Counted from the whole stretch's first letter, positions 12,930 to 25,144 are shown. The stretch is DNA of 63,859 nucleotides, filler included, from Octopus bimaculoides (GCF_001194135.2; 6 parts of 6 records of this genome joined end to end with filler, not necessarily neighbours in it), one strand, 5' to 3'. Notes: generated by a model from the letters alone, not told the origin. Made by a program: numbers and translations.

Positions 12930-15900
12930 CGTTTCTTTATTGGCCACAGAGCCGAACACAAAGATAAATAGGGACAATGCAAAACAAGGGACAGGTAGGG
13001 TTTAACACAAAAATTGTGCAAACAATAAAATAACAATGACAACAAAACAATTAAACAAAAATTCCCCAAAAGTGAGGGGGTTTTCTCACAGGGACAGCAA
13101 GAGGAACCCCACACATCCTGGTTACCCCGACAGTCAGGTGTACCTCGGCAGGCGCTCCACTCCTTCTCAATTCCTTCGGTTTATAAGCGAATGTTCAGAG
13201 TAGGCTCCTTCACACGGGCCATCCTCGTAGATACTGGGGTGCAGAACTCCCCTCTCCACCATCACTTTTCCTTTTCAGCCTGACTAAGAGATGCGTAGAT
13301 CTCGAAATCGTCGAAAATGGGGGCTAGGTCGTGTGTGTCGGATATCCTGGTTACACTGACGGCCGTCACATCCATAGCTAGTGACCTGGGGTCGTTGAGC
13401 AGGTGATCCTGCTTCCAGGAGGATCCTAGGCCACGTACATTTATGCACCCCACTCTAATATTCGCCATGTTGGCCAGAGAGAGTTGAGATGACGGTTAAA
13501 GATGAGGTTACTTACCCTCGCGGTTCTGTTGGTGGGCGAGTGGCTCGACCTCCAAGTTTGGTTGGAACTCCTTTGGGAAACCCTTTAAAAGTCTGTTCGT
13601 GACATTTAAGGTCAAGGTTCACATGTCGTGGGGGGACAAAACCTTCTCTAATGTTCTTACAAGTGTTAAGTGGTATCAGCACTAACATTAAATCATCAGA
13701 CTCAGTAAAAGTGCTGGTGCCGCAAATTGCACCCCTCCCTCTATATCTTCGTTTCGAGTTATGAGGGTCATCAAGGCATTATAGATTCGCCTCACAAGCA
13801 CGAAGTTTGTTGTGATAGCCTTTACTATGTTTTCCGGTGTGTCTGTTAGTGTGAGGTTATGTGTTTTTGTTTGAGAGGTGGTTATGTGTGTGTACTGTTT
13901 GATTTTGGGGGTTTTCTGGGGTTTCTCCTCATCTTCACTTTGGGAAGTAAAGGAACTAGTGTCTGTGAAAACTAATTTGGGTTGTCAAAAGGTGTTTGTA
14001 TATGTGTGTCTATGTGCGAGTGTGTGTCTGAGACAGAAGAGGGCGAGCTGGTTCTGAGAGGCATTCTGGGTGTTTTTTCCACTGTTTTTCTTGTTGCTGT
14101 TGGTGGTTGATGATGATGCTAGAAGTTGCTAGGGCTGTTGATGTCTCAGCTATTTTTCGTACATGATAAGGTTGATTTTCGTGTTCCGACTGTCTCTGTT
14201 GTTGTTGTTGTTGTTGTTGAAGATGAGGCTGCAAGTGCAGCATATTGTCTTCGTTGTTGTTATTGTTGAGGATCTGGTGTAGGTAAGGGAACTAGAACCG
14301 TGCCTCCAATCTCTTCGGGGCAGAAGGCCCTTAGATGGTTTGTGGCTCCATAAAAGTCGCATTTGGGCTTTTAGCCTTCCACGACAACCCTTGGGCAGTT
14401 GTATACGCCCCGGTATTTGTTCATTGTTTTTCTGGTTTCACATGAAGCAGGATTTCTATATTTATCCCGGACAAGTTCTCCTTGCTACTTCGCTTGAATT
14501 CTAGGAGTGTCTGGTTCTCCTAATACTACACATTTCGCAATTCACCAAATGTTGATGCCAGGCGGCACACCCGATATCCGTAGCTTGGTAGTTCTTCTTG
14601 ATAAATTTGTCAGCTACAGGACACACTCCTCACTCCAGCGAGGCGTCACTGAGTGCTTTCGTGCGATGTCCTCACTTATAAAGAGGACCTCGATGGTGGA
14701 AAGCTGTCTTCCCCTCTGCATGTGGGCTACATCCTCCAAGATGTCTCTTAAGGCTTTCTCCACGCGAGTCACTGTGGCCGGTACGGCTCTTCTGCTCTTT
14801 CGAGATACACTCCTGTAATAAACAGTTCTTTTTTCTCCGCTTTTGAATTATTTTTGGAGGCACAAGTACTGCTGCCTTACTTCCCTCGAATTTGATTTTT
14901 TTTTTTTTTTGGCTTCTGCTAGTCCTTGGATTTTCTCATCCAAGGCTAGCGGAAACATTTCTGCTTTGACGCTAACCACGTCGGAAAACCCTTTGCTGTT
15001 ATTGTTGGCGTCTTTAAGTTTCGCGCTGGTTTCTTTAACGTCATTTTTGTCGTTCACCGTCTCCTTGTTTGTTTGTTTGTTTTCTCAATACGGTGCGTTG
15101 TTAAGGCAGTGAGCTGGCAGAAAAGTTAACACGCCGGGCGAAATGCTTAGCGGTATTTCGTCTGTCTTTACGTTCTGAGTTCTGAGTTCAAATTCCGCCG
15201 AGGTCGACTTTGCCTTTTATCCTTTCGGGGTCGATAAATTAAGTACCAGTTGCGTGCTGGAGTCGATCTAATCGACTTGGCCCCCGCCCCAAAAATCTTG
15301 GGCTTTGTGCCTAGAGCAGAAAAGAATACTGTGTGTTGTTGTAGTGATGTAGTGTTGGTGGGGTTGGAGTTATTGTTGTTCTCACTATGTTCGCTGCTTA
15401 ACTCCATGCTGCTACTACGAGTGATGGTAGTGGTGGTGATGTTCTCGCTGCTGATTCCTCGTGCTCTTTCACAGTTCAGATTTTTCTTGTTTTTCTTGTT
15501 GTTATTGATGCCGCTACTACTGCTGCTGTCGCCCTTCGTCTCAGAGTCTTCAAGGGGAGTGGACGACGGAAGAGGAGGAAAGTCTTCGTCTGAAGGAGGG
15601 CTGTTGAAAGGTACGGCTCTCCCACTCAGAACTCCAATGATGACAGTTGATGATGCCATCTTGTACGTATGTTTTATTTATTTATTTATTTTTTTCAAAC
15701 TAGATGAGCGTTTTACGAACACAAAATATTGTCCCTTACGGGGTAAAAACAACCCCAGAACCCCAGCCAAGAGGTTCCTGGTCTTCTTAACAACGAGTTT
15801 AAGCAAAAACTTAGAACAGACAACAATAACAAATAAGTGAAAACAATAGACTCACCCAGCGTCTTCGAAAACACGTGCTTATCATTCCGCAGCAAATATA

Positions 15901-15962
15901 ATAATAAATAATAACAAGCGCACTCAGAGATCGCAAATCTTCGCCAAAGCAACACCAACGTC
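12930..15962 (-). mobile_element. L1/Tx1-like LINE with decayed ORF1 and internally deleted ORF2
   Basis: ORF1 from 15659 (MASSTVIIG..), RRM-like LRISGVPPGINI, degenerate zinc knuckle CDFYGATNHLRAFC (CX2CX4HX4C with one C>Y). ORF2 starts at 13468 with the APE N-terminus MANIRVGCINVRGLG..DVTAVSVTRI. A stop at 13181, AATAAA at 12941-12936 and an (ATT/GTT)n tail follow only ~540 bp after the ORF2 start. Confidence 0.8.
15103..15330 (+). mobile_element. SINE family C inserted into the LINE ORF1
   Basis: Full copy flanked by GTGCGTTGTT (15093-15102) and GTGTGTTGTT (15331-15340), a TSD with one CpG change. Confidence 0.9.
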
Positions 15963-17310
15963 CTAATCTTTTAATTACCCACCAAGGGGACAATACATTA
16001 CATGTGGGGGACACAAAACAGGGGGGGGGGAAATAGGACAACGTATGAGAAACATGAAATGACAAATGAAAATGGAAAAATATAATAAAGCTACTCGGCC
16101 CCACCTCCGAGTAGCTTCATTTCTACCTTTAACTCCTTTTGTATCCTGTTCCCTCCAAAATATTTATACCGTATTCTTTCAAAAACACATTATAAGTCAC
16201 AAATTCTGGTAGCGCATTCCTATCCAGTTCCACTTCTCACATTCTATATCCACTTTATATATTTTAATACATTCTTTCTTTGTTCTTCTGAAAGTAATAT
16301 ATAACAATGCCGACTTTTAATGTTATCGAATTCCTTTGTATTCACTATCATGCCATTTTTCCAAGTTATTATCTCATTATACAATTCTTCAATAGCGTCA
16401 TCAATAACTGAGCATTTTTTCTTTTTTGTCTGAGAGGAGGGAGTTTGGGCATTTTTGTCTGTATGTATGGTTTTCTTTTTTTTTTTTGTGTCGGAGGGGG
16501 ATGGGAAGGTTTGGTGCCTGTAGGGCAAGGACAGGACATCAGCTGAGGCTTGGACTGTCATCTCAAGCGTTTGTTCTCTCCACATCTCACTATGCGTTTT
16601 TGTGGCCTGGATTACCTCGTTTTCCATGAGGACAGCTGCCACCATCCAGGCCACGTTTATCTTCAGGGGAATCCCTTCTACCCCGACCCCCGACACGTGG
16701 GTAGAAGCACAACCCCCTCATTCCTGATGGNNNNNNNNNNNNNNNNNNNNNNNNNNNNNNNNNNNNNNNNNNNNNNNNNNNNNNNNNNNNNNNNNNNNNN
16801 NNNNNNNNNNNNNNNNNNNNNNNNNNNNNNNNNNNNNNNNNNNNNNNNNNNNNNNNNNNNNNNNNNNNNNNNNNNNNNNNNNNNNNNNNNNNNNNNNNNN
16901 NNNNNNNNNNNNNCACACTAAAGCCGTACCCCACTCAGCATTTCCTTACAGCTTACAATTTCTGGCATGTCCATTTCTTCCTCCCGGCGCCCCACCACAT
17001 CTGCGAACCTTCTGTCCTCCCTCACCCTCCCGTCCACCCCTCCAATAGCCTGCAACAACTCGTCTTCGGAAGAAGACAACTCAGAACCGCTGAGGTCTGA
17101 ACAAAACAGTCCTTTAATTTTCTTTTCCATTGGGCCAACCCTCCTCACAAGAGGACGGAAAGTACAAACAAACTGCCACAAAGCAGCAAAAACAGTTCAC
17201 AAAAGTGTTCAAACGAACACTAACACAAAATTACAGCACAAAAATTTAACACGTCCCAACACCATAAAGAACAAACCTGAGGTGGCGCCGCAACGATTAG
17301 CCTGAGACGA
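15963..17310 (-). mobile_element. Second L1/Tx1-like ORF1-only element (contains a 183-N gap)
   Basis: ORFs 17181-16918 and 16696-16244. VGVEGIPLKINVAWMVAAVL..EVIQATKTHSEMW parallels the RRM-like segment of the neighbouring element. A pyrimidine-rich 3'UTR ends in ATTAAA (15975-15970). No RT is visible. Confidence 0.55.
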
Positions 17311-17414
17311 TTTTTAAAATGAAAATATCTGAAATAAACTCAACTCTCTCACAAACGGGAATACTAAAAATGAACCCGAACGCTCTCAAAAATTAAGTAA
17401 AAAAGGAAACACGA

Positions 17415-17605
17415 AAAATAATGCAGAATCCTTCTCCGGTACCGGTCGATCACAAAATCTAATGAGTTCGTACCAGTCAGGAGGCCAAACGTCTCTGAAA
17501 GTTTCATCCGAATCCATCCAGCGGTTCTTTAGAGTCCACGGACAAACAAACAAATAAACACGACTGAAAACAATACCTCTGCCTTTGTTAAGGTGGAGGT
17601 AATAA
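17415..17605 (+). mobile_element. Possible non-autonomous Helentron/HINE-like repeat
   Basis: GATCACAAAATCTAAT..TTTCATCCGAATCCATCCAGCGGTT..(ACAA)n..AAAACAATACCTC..GGTGGAGGTAATAA follows the layout of HINE/DINE-type elements; family call is by recall. Confidence 0.35.
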
Positions 17606-17608
17606 TAA

Positions 17609-18025
17609 TTCTTTCTGCTATAGGCACAAGGCCTGAAATTGTAGGGGTGGGGACTAGTCGATTACGTCATCCTCAGTGTTTTACTGGTACTTAATTTGTT
17701 AACATCGAAAGAGTGAAAGGCAAAGTCAACCTCAGCGGAATTTGAACTCAGCACGTAGCGACGGTCAAAATACTGCTAAGAATTTCATCCAGCGTTCTAA
17801 CTATTCTGCCAGTTCACCGCCTTATTATTAATAAAAATAAAAATTAAAAAAAAAATAAAAAATAAAAAACGAAAACGAAGAAGAATCCTTTCTACTAAAT
17901 GCACAAAGCCTGAATTTTCGTGGGAGTGGACTAGCGTTTCATGACTCCGAAAGGTTGAAAGGCAAAGTCGTCTTCGGCGGAATTTGAAACAAAGTTTAAA
18001 TGACGCTGAAGTCGGATATTGTATT
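17609..18025 (-). mobile_element. Two adjacent SINE family C copies
   Basis: 17609-17824 near full length and 17885-18025 degraded. Confidence 0.8.
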
Positions 18026-18829
18026 TTAATTTATAATTCTTTTCTGATTTCAATCAAATTATTTAAAACTATGATAGTTTTGATCGCTATTATTGGNNNN
18101 NNNNNNNNNNNNNNNNNNNNNNNNNNNNNNNNNNNNNNNNNNNNNNNNNNNNNNNNNNNNNNNNNNNNNNNNNNNNNNNNNNNNNNNNNNNNNNNNNNNN
18201 NNNNNNNNNNNNNNNNNNNNNNNNNNNNNNNNNNNNNNNNNNNNNNNNNNNNNNNNNNNNNNNNNNNNNNNNNNNNNNNNNNNNNNNNNNNNNNNNNNNN
18301 NNNNNNNNNNNNNNNNNNNNNNNNNNNNNNNNNNNNNNNNNNNNNNNNNNNNNNNNNNNNNNNNNNNNNNNNNNNNNNNNNNNNNNNNNNNNNNNNNNNN
18401 NNNNNNNNNNNNNNNNNNNNNNNNNNNNNNNNNNNNNNNNNNNNNNNNNNNNNNNNNNNNNNNNNNNNNNNNNNNNNNNNNNNNNNNNNNNNNNNNNNNN
18501 NNNNNNNNNNNNNNNNNNNNNNNNNNNNNNNNNNNNNNNNNNTATATATATATATATATATATATATTTATACGATTTTTGACCGCAGAGCCATACCTGT
18601 GCCTCAAATTTTGGAACAAGTGCAGTAGTTTTGGGGAAAGGGTGCTGAAAAGATCCTGGGTTTGGATAAAAGGAAATACAGAAAGATCAGTTAATTATGA
18701 TTTTATTGAACATATTCCTCTCTCAGATTCACGCAAATATTGTAGCGTTCCTTCAGTTTGTTTAAGCCCTGTAAAAGAACTTGTAAGTTTGGGCCTCCAA
18801 CCGGGCCTTTCGCAACATCTTTAAAGCGA

Positions 18830-18925
18830 GGAACTTTTCAGTATCTTCTCGTATTTTATCGATCCCGAAAGGATGAAATGCAAAAGTCGACCCCGACGGA
18901 ATTTGAACTCAGAACGTAAGAACGA
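18830..18925 (-). mobile_element. SINE family C central fragment
   Basis: TTTATCGATCCCGAAAGGATGAAATGCAAAAGTCGAC..GAATTTGAACTCAGAACGTAAG. Confidence 0.8.
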
Positions 18926-19048
18926 AATCAAAATTATTATTTGATAGACGGACGTTGTGTGAAAGCCTGCTCTGTGTGTACACAAATATATGTGTGTGTG
19001 TGTGTACACAAATATATATACATGTGTGTGTGTGTGTGCGCGTGCGTG

Positions 19049-19330
19049 TAGGCGCATGTCTTAGTGGTTAGGGTGTTACACTCACGATTGCGAGATAATG
19101 GTTTCGATTCCCAGAACGGGCGTTGCGTTGTGTTCTTGAGCAAAACACTTCATTTCACGTTGCTCTGCGATCGTTTTGCCATCTGACATGTGGCACGCCA
19201 TGCACCTCTAGAGGTAAGGTCGCTTTGATGGAGGAAGTGAGCTTATGTAAACACAAACATTTTATTATAAACAATTCATCTGTGTTGATGTTCAGCAAAA
19301 ATTGCAGAATACAGTTTTCCGCAACTTCAG
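19049..19330 (+). mobile_element. SINE family D (tRNA-like head)
   Basis: AGGCGCATGTCTTAGTGGTTAGGG (A box)..GGTTTCGATTCCC (B box)..TTGAGCAAAACACTTCATTTCACGTTGCT. Confidence 0.8.
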
Positions 19331-19422
19331 TAAACTCGTCTTCTCTTCCCTTTCATTTATTTATTTACTTATATACTGNNNNNNNNNNNNNNNNNNNNNN
19401 NNNNNNNNNNNNNNNNNNNNNN

Positions 19423-19434
19423 TTAATTAATTAA
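19423..19434. other. Assembly spacer TTAATTAATTAA between N-runs (also 30876, 43091, 46554, 56015)
   Basis: The identical palindromic 12-mer, which puts a stop in all six frames, sits isolated between two N-runs at five places. Confidence 0.9.
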
Positions 19435-19478
19435 NNNNNNNNNNNNNNNNNNNNNNNNNNNNNNNNNNNNNNNNNNNN

Positions 19479-19512
<34 letters not shown>

Positions 19513-20194
19513 CATACATACAACATATATATATATGCTTTCGGTATGTATGTATGTATGTATGTATGTTTGTAAGAGAACTGTTTCTTAACTCTCAAAA
19601 AAGTTATTAAGAATTTATCCCATTGGGCAAACGTAGTCAACATTATTTTGAAGAAGAAAGAAAGATAAAAATAAAAGAAGAAAAAAAAACGAATAAGAGA
19701 ATAACAAAGATATGATAGTATACTTATTAGAGAATAAAAATAAAACGTAATGAAATATAATAAGATAATTAAAAGGAAGGAAACATACGCAAAAATATAT
19801 ATATAAATAACACATTAATGGAAAAGATGTAGATAAAATAAATGAACACAGTGTGAAACGAACTATGTCACTATGGTTACATAAATCGTGAATAGAAACC
19901 GTGAAACACTAACATTTTTGTGTAGCTGTTCTTATTTATTTATCTATATAACTATCTATTTATTTATTTATTTATTTTTGAGGGTGTGAATGTCTCGTTT
20001 TACTTTCTCTTAAAGAAATTCGTGTTCAAGAAAAAAATGTTTCATAGAAATCTAAGCAATATTTTTTTACATCTAGTTTGGCATTTGTTACAATAAATGT
20101 AAATGACCTCTTTTTTATGTAGAGATATCATTGTAGACTATAGTTGAACATTGAAACACAACACTACTAACGTACCACCAGTAATTTCAATACC

Positions 20195-20345
20195 TGGCTG
20201 TGTGGCAAGTCGCGCGCTTACCAACCACATGGTTCCGAGTTCAGTCCCATTGCGTGGAACCTTGGGCAAGTGTCTTCTACTTTATCCTGGGGCAGACCAA
20301 AGCCTTGTGAGTGGATTTGGTACACGGAAACTGAAAGAAGCCTGT

Positions 20346-20376
<31 letters not shown>

Positions 20377-21215
20377 NNNNNNNNNNNTATATGTGGGGGG
20401 GGGGGTACATGCTTGTGTGTCTGTTTGTCCCCCAACATCGCTTGACAACCGATGCTGGTATGTTTACGTCCCCATAACTTAGCGTTTCGGCAAAAGAGAC
20501 AGATATGATAAGTACTAGGCTTACAAAGAATATGTCCTGTGTGTCTGTGTATGCACGTATGTATGCATATCTGTATTATTTAGATGCAGCTGTGTGGTAA
20601 GGAGTTTGCTTCTCAACTACATGGTTCCGGGTTCAGTCTTATTGCGTGGCACCTTGTGAAAGCTTTATAATTGGATTCGGTGGATGGAAAGTGAAAAAAG
20701 CCTGTGGTACACACAAACACGCACGTGTGTGTGCATTGGGGAAGGCAATGAACAATAACAAAAAGAAAAAGGGCAACGTGTGGGACAATTTTTTACAAGC
20801 ATTGTATTAGTCTCACGTTTAGATAAAAAGGATGAAACTTTTAACGCTTCAGCCGCTAGTTCTTCATCAACAAAGAAAAGAATAGGAGAAAAGCAAAAAA
20901 TAAGACGGATGAGAGGTTAGGAGCCAGGTGAGAATGCGGTTCTATGGGGAGATTTGGAAATCCTCTTAGCCCCTTGTGGAGCATAGGGCCGGTTTCCCGG
21001 TTTCCATGGCGTATACGTTCCCCCCTAGCTGGACAGGACGCCAGTCCATCGCAGCTTTTTACTCAAGAAACAAGAAGAAAGAGTGAGAGAAAGTTGGGGA
21101 AATAGAGTACAAGAGAGTACTAGGCTTACAAAGAATATGTCCTGAGGTTGATTTGCTTGATTAAAGAGAGTGCTCCAGCATGGCCGCAGTCAAATGACTG
21201 AAACAAATAAAAGAA
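20195..21215 (+). mobile_element. SINE family B split by a 576-bp composite insert
   Basis: Head and body 20195-20539, 3' end 21116-21215. A 29-bp exact direct repeat flanks the insert. Confidence 0.85.
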
Positions 21216-21335
21216 TACATTTATGCATGCATATACACATGGACATACGTATACATGCACACACGCAACGCCTAGGGACATATGTATAAAGGAAAAAGAA
21301 ACATTTGACAAGTAACGTAATTGTATATTATTGAA

Positions 21336-21608
21336 TAGGGTGTTCAAAAAGTCTCTCCGCAGTGGATGTTTTTCATCGTGACTCCCTAAGTGTCAGACTC
21401 TCCAAGATGTATTTCAAAACATGTGTAGAAGAATCAACTTGTGTATTGAAAATGAAGAACGATACTTTCAACACCTCTTATAACATTTTTTAAAGTCTAA
21501 TATATATATTGTAAAGTCTAATATATTCTTTTGTAGTCTTATACCATCTTAAGAATGTTTATTTTGAAATAAAAATACTTATTGCGGAGAGACTTTTTGA
21601 ACACCCTG
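21336..21608. mobile_element. Tc1/mariner-type MITE
   Basis: TIRs AGGGTGTTCAAAAAGTCTCTCCGCA and TGCGGAGAGACTTTTTGAACACCCT with an AT-rich interior. Confidence 0.88.
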
Positions 21609-22179
21609 CATAAGTCTGCAATTTATACATACGTTACTCTTTTTCATATGCCGACAGAAATCATAAATATTTGAAGCACGTTAACTCGAGAAAATATTTT
21701 AATTATATTTTTAGTGGGTTAGTTAATGTATTACACGGCAATTTGGTTTTCAGCAGTCTGGCGATTTATGACATTTCGGTAGATATTTTGATTTCTGGCA
21801 ACATAAACCATTCATTCTCATGAAATGTTCAAGAGGAATTTTTCATGAAGCAATATTTTCATTTTCTCTGAAAAGCAAACATCACAGCCGTCGTTTCTGT
21901 TCATAAGAGTTCGGATCCTGTAATATATTCCAAATCATGCTATTAATATTATCAATGTTATTCAAAACAGGAAAAAAAACTTAAGTATTTTGATTGTGTT
22001 CTAAGAAGCTTCCACATGGTTCCGAGTTCAGTCCCCCGACGTGGCACCTCAAGCAAGTGGCTTCTACTATAGTCACGGCCAAAATAAAACCTGAGAGGAT
22101 TTGGTAGACGGAAACCGGAACAAGTGCAAGTGTGTGTATATATATTTATCGCTAAATCCACAAGAATTTTATTCTCTCT

Positions 22180-22332
22180 GTTTATTTCCTCATTTAACTT
22201 TCTGTTGAAGAGCGTAGGCTCGAAATATAAAAGACTTTTTCACCTTCCCGGAGCGTCAGACTAATACACCTGCTTGTTGTTCATACACCTGTCTTCGTCT
22301 TTTGTTTTTCTGTAAATTTCAACTATATATAT
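22180..22332 (+). mobile_element. Short repeat with a minimal hammerhead-like motif (Penelope pLTR-like)
   Basis: CTTT-CTGTTGA-A-GAGC-GTAG-GCTC-GAAAT-ATA-AAAG. A sister copy lies at 35222-35400 on the minus strand. Confidence 0.6.
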
Positions 22333-23417
22333 AGTTTTTAAGGAGCTCGCTTCGAGAGTTGCATTCCCTCGCGTTCGGTAAAATGTGTTTATTATGGTAG
22401 TTTTGACTTTAAGAGTCCCTCGTAGCGTGAGGCATTTATGTATAGTAATGCCCTTAATATAGATAAATATATTTAAAGGGAATAATTAATAATTTTCCCT
22501 TATGAGGTTTTTCACGCTAACTACTTGATAAATTCTTATAAAGATTTAATCCTATTTTTAAATTACACACACANNNNNNNNNNNNNNNNNNNNNNNNNNN
22601 NNNNNNNNNNNNNNNNNNNNNNNNNNNNNNNNNNNNNNNNNNNNNNNNNNNNNNNNNNNNNNNNNNNNNNNNNNNNNNNNNNNNNNNNNNNNNNNNNNNN
22701 NNNNNNNNNNNNNNNNNNNNNNNNNNNNNNNNNNNNNNNNNNNNNNNNNNNNNNNNNNNNNNNNNNNNNNNNNNNNNNNNNNNNNNNNNNNNNNNNNNNN
22801 NNNNNNNNNNNNNNNNNNNNNNNNNNNNNNNNNNNNNNNNNNNNNNNNNNNNNNNNNNNNNNNNNNNNNNNNNNNNNNNNNNNNNNNNNNNNNNNNNNNN
22901 NNNNNNNNNNNNNNNNNNNNNNNNNNNNNNNNNNNNNNNNNNNNNNNNNNNNNNNNNNNNNNNNNNNNNNNNNNNNNNNNNNNNNNNNNNNNNNNNNNNN
23001 NNNNNNNNNNNNNNNNNNNNNNNNNNNNNNNNNNNNNNNNNNNNNNNNNNNNNNNNNNNNNNNNNNNNNNNNNNNNNNNNNNNNNNNNNNNNNNNNNNNN
23101 NNNNNNNNNNNNNNNNNNNNNNNNNNNNNNNNNNNNNNNNNNNNNNNNNNNNNNNNNNNNNNNNNNNNNNNNNNNNNNNNNNNNNNNNNNNNNNNNNNNN
23201 NNNNNNNNNNNNNNNNNNNNNNNNNNNNNNNNNNNNNNNNNNNNNNNNNNNNNNNNNNNNNNNNNNNNNNNNNNNNNNNNNNNNNNNNNNNNNNNNNNNN
23301 NNNNNNNNNNNNNNNNNNNNNNNNNNNNNNNNNNNNNNNNNNNNNNNNNNNNNNNNNNNNNNNNNNNNNNNNNNNNNNNNNNNNNNNNNNNNNNNNNNNN
23401 NNNNNNNNNNNNNNNNN

Positions 23418-23714
23418 AATTAACATGCAAGTGGCTGAGCAATCCACAGACACCTGCACCCTTAACGTAGTTCTCGGGGATATTCAGCGTGACACGGCTG
23501 AACCTTTGAATTACAAGTACAACAGAAACAGGAAGAGTGAGAGAAAGCTGTGGTGGAAGAGTACAGCAGGGTTCGCCACCATCCCCTGCCGGAGCCTCGT
23601 GGAGCTTTAGGTGTTTTCGCTCAATAAACACTCGCAACGCCCGGTCTGGGAATCGAAACCGCGATCCTATGACCGCGAGTTCGCTGCCCTAACCACTGGG
23701 CCAGTGCGCCTCCA
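23418..23714 (-). mobile_element. SINE family A, 5' portion
   Basis: Reverse complement of the tRNA-like head and body of 32215-32600. Confidence 0.92.
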
Positions 23715-23851
23715 CTGATATTTAATGTATTATATAATTTCTTTTACAATACTATAGTAATATAAATTCATAGCGTCCTCCAATCAACTGCCTTCCTCCC
23801 AGTGTCTCCACACACACACAATCATGTTATACGGAGACGCATAAATAATTA

Positions 23852-24280
23852 TTTTCTACTCAAGGCACAAGGCCCGAAAATTTTGGGAAGGGGGCCATTC
23901 GATTAGATGGACTTCAGTACGCAACTGGTACTTAATTCATCGACTCTGAAAGAATGAAAGATAAAGTCGACCTCGGCGGAATTTGAACTCAGAACATAAA
24001 GACAGACGAAGTACCACTAAGCATTTCGCCTGACGTGCTAATGTTTCTTATTTCTTTACTGCCCACAAGGGGCTACACACAGAGGGGACAAACAAGGACA
24101 GACAGGGGATTAAGTCAATTATATCGACCCCAGTGCGTAACAGGTACTTATTTAATCGATCCCGAAAGGATGATAGGCAAAGTCGACCTCGGCGGAATTT
24201 GAACTTAGAACGTAGCGGTAGACGAAATACCGCTAAACATTTCGCCCGACGTGCTAAAGTTTCTGACAGCTCGCCGCCTT
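23852..24280 (-). mobile_element. Two SINE family C copies in tandem
   Basis: The central box GAAAG.ATGA.AG..AAAGTCGACCTCGGCGGAATTTGAACT occurs twice. Confidence 0.85.
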
Positions 24281-25043
24281 AGACGCATATATATATAAAT
24301 GTATGCGTACATATGTGCGTGTATTTCTTGTCAGGTTTGATCTAGACAGTTGAGTGCATGAATACGTGACTCAATTTTGCCGATGTCGGTTTGCTTTCAG
24401 ACTGTTTGCTTTCATTTATTCTATCGATAACAAATCAAACAAAATTCGAACCACAGAACCGTTTCCTTTTATTTCTATTGGTTACTCATTAATATCAACT
24501 ATTTGAGCGAACTTATGATCTCCTCTGTCCCACCTCCCCTCATTTTCTGAAAAAGTAACAAGACGAGAGAGAGAGAGACATAAAAACCTCCTTCACGTAG
24601 CAGAATTACTTCTAAGGTATTTATTTCATAGACTTACTGGCGGTGGAGTAGTTTGATTGGCAAGGCAGCCTCTTTTAACTCTGGCCGGATATTACTTTTA
24701 TCATATTGTAAAATTCATAACGAGAATGGAATTTGGACGACTCTTAACTTTATGGCCTTTAGAGAATATTAATCAAAATTGAAGGTGAAAAAGTCATCTC
24801 GAATTTATATCTGAGGTGATTGGTATTTTATGAATAAAGATGTAAAGTCACGAAAGAAGATGGTTATAGAGCACAATAAAGTCGGCCGGTGTTTAAATTA
24901 TTAATGTTGTTGGGCATGCATACACAACGCGCGCGTGTACGGAAACACACTACTTTCCAAATATATTTATATTTATATATTTATATATTTATATTCATAT
25001 GTATATATCAGAATATATATGTGTGTATGTGTGTATGTTAGAA

Positions 25044-25091
<48 letters not shown>

Positions 25092-25144
25092 TTTTTAGAA
25101 AACATAAATCTGAAAGAAAAACCCCACTTTAAGATGTAGAGCAG

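Noticed and set aside
19423-19434. TTAATTAATTAA palindrome recurring five times
   Set aside because: Always isolated between N-runs; an assembly spacer, not a biological motif.
22525-23637. Long ORFs spanning N-runs (also 11719, 17984, 51009, 54034)
   Set aside because: They are open only because Ns contain no stops.
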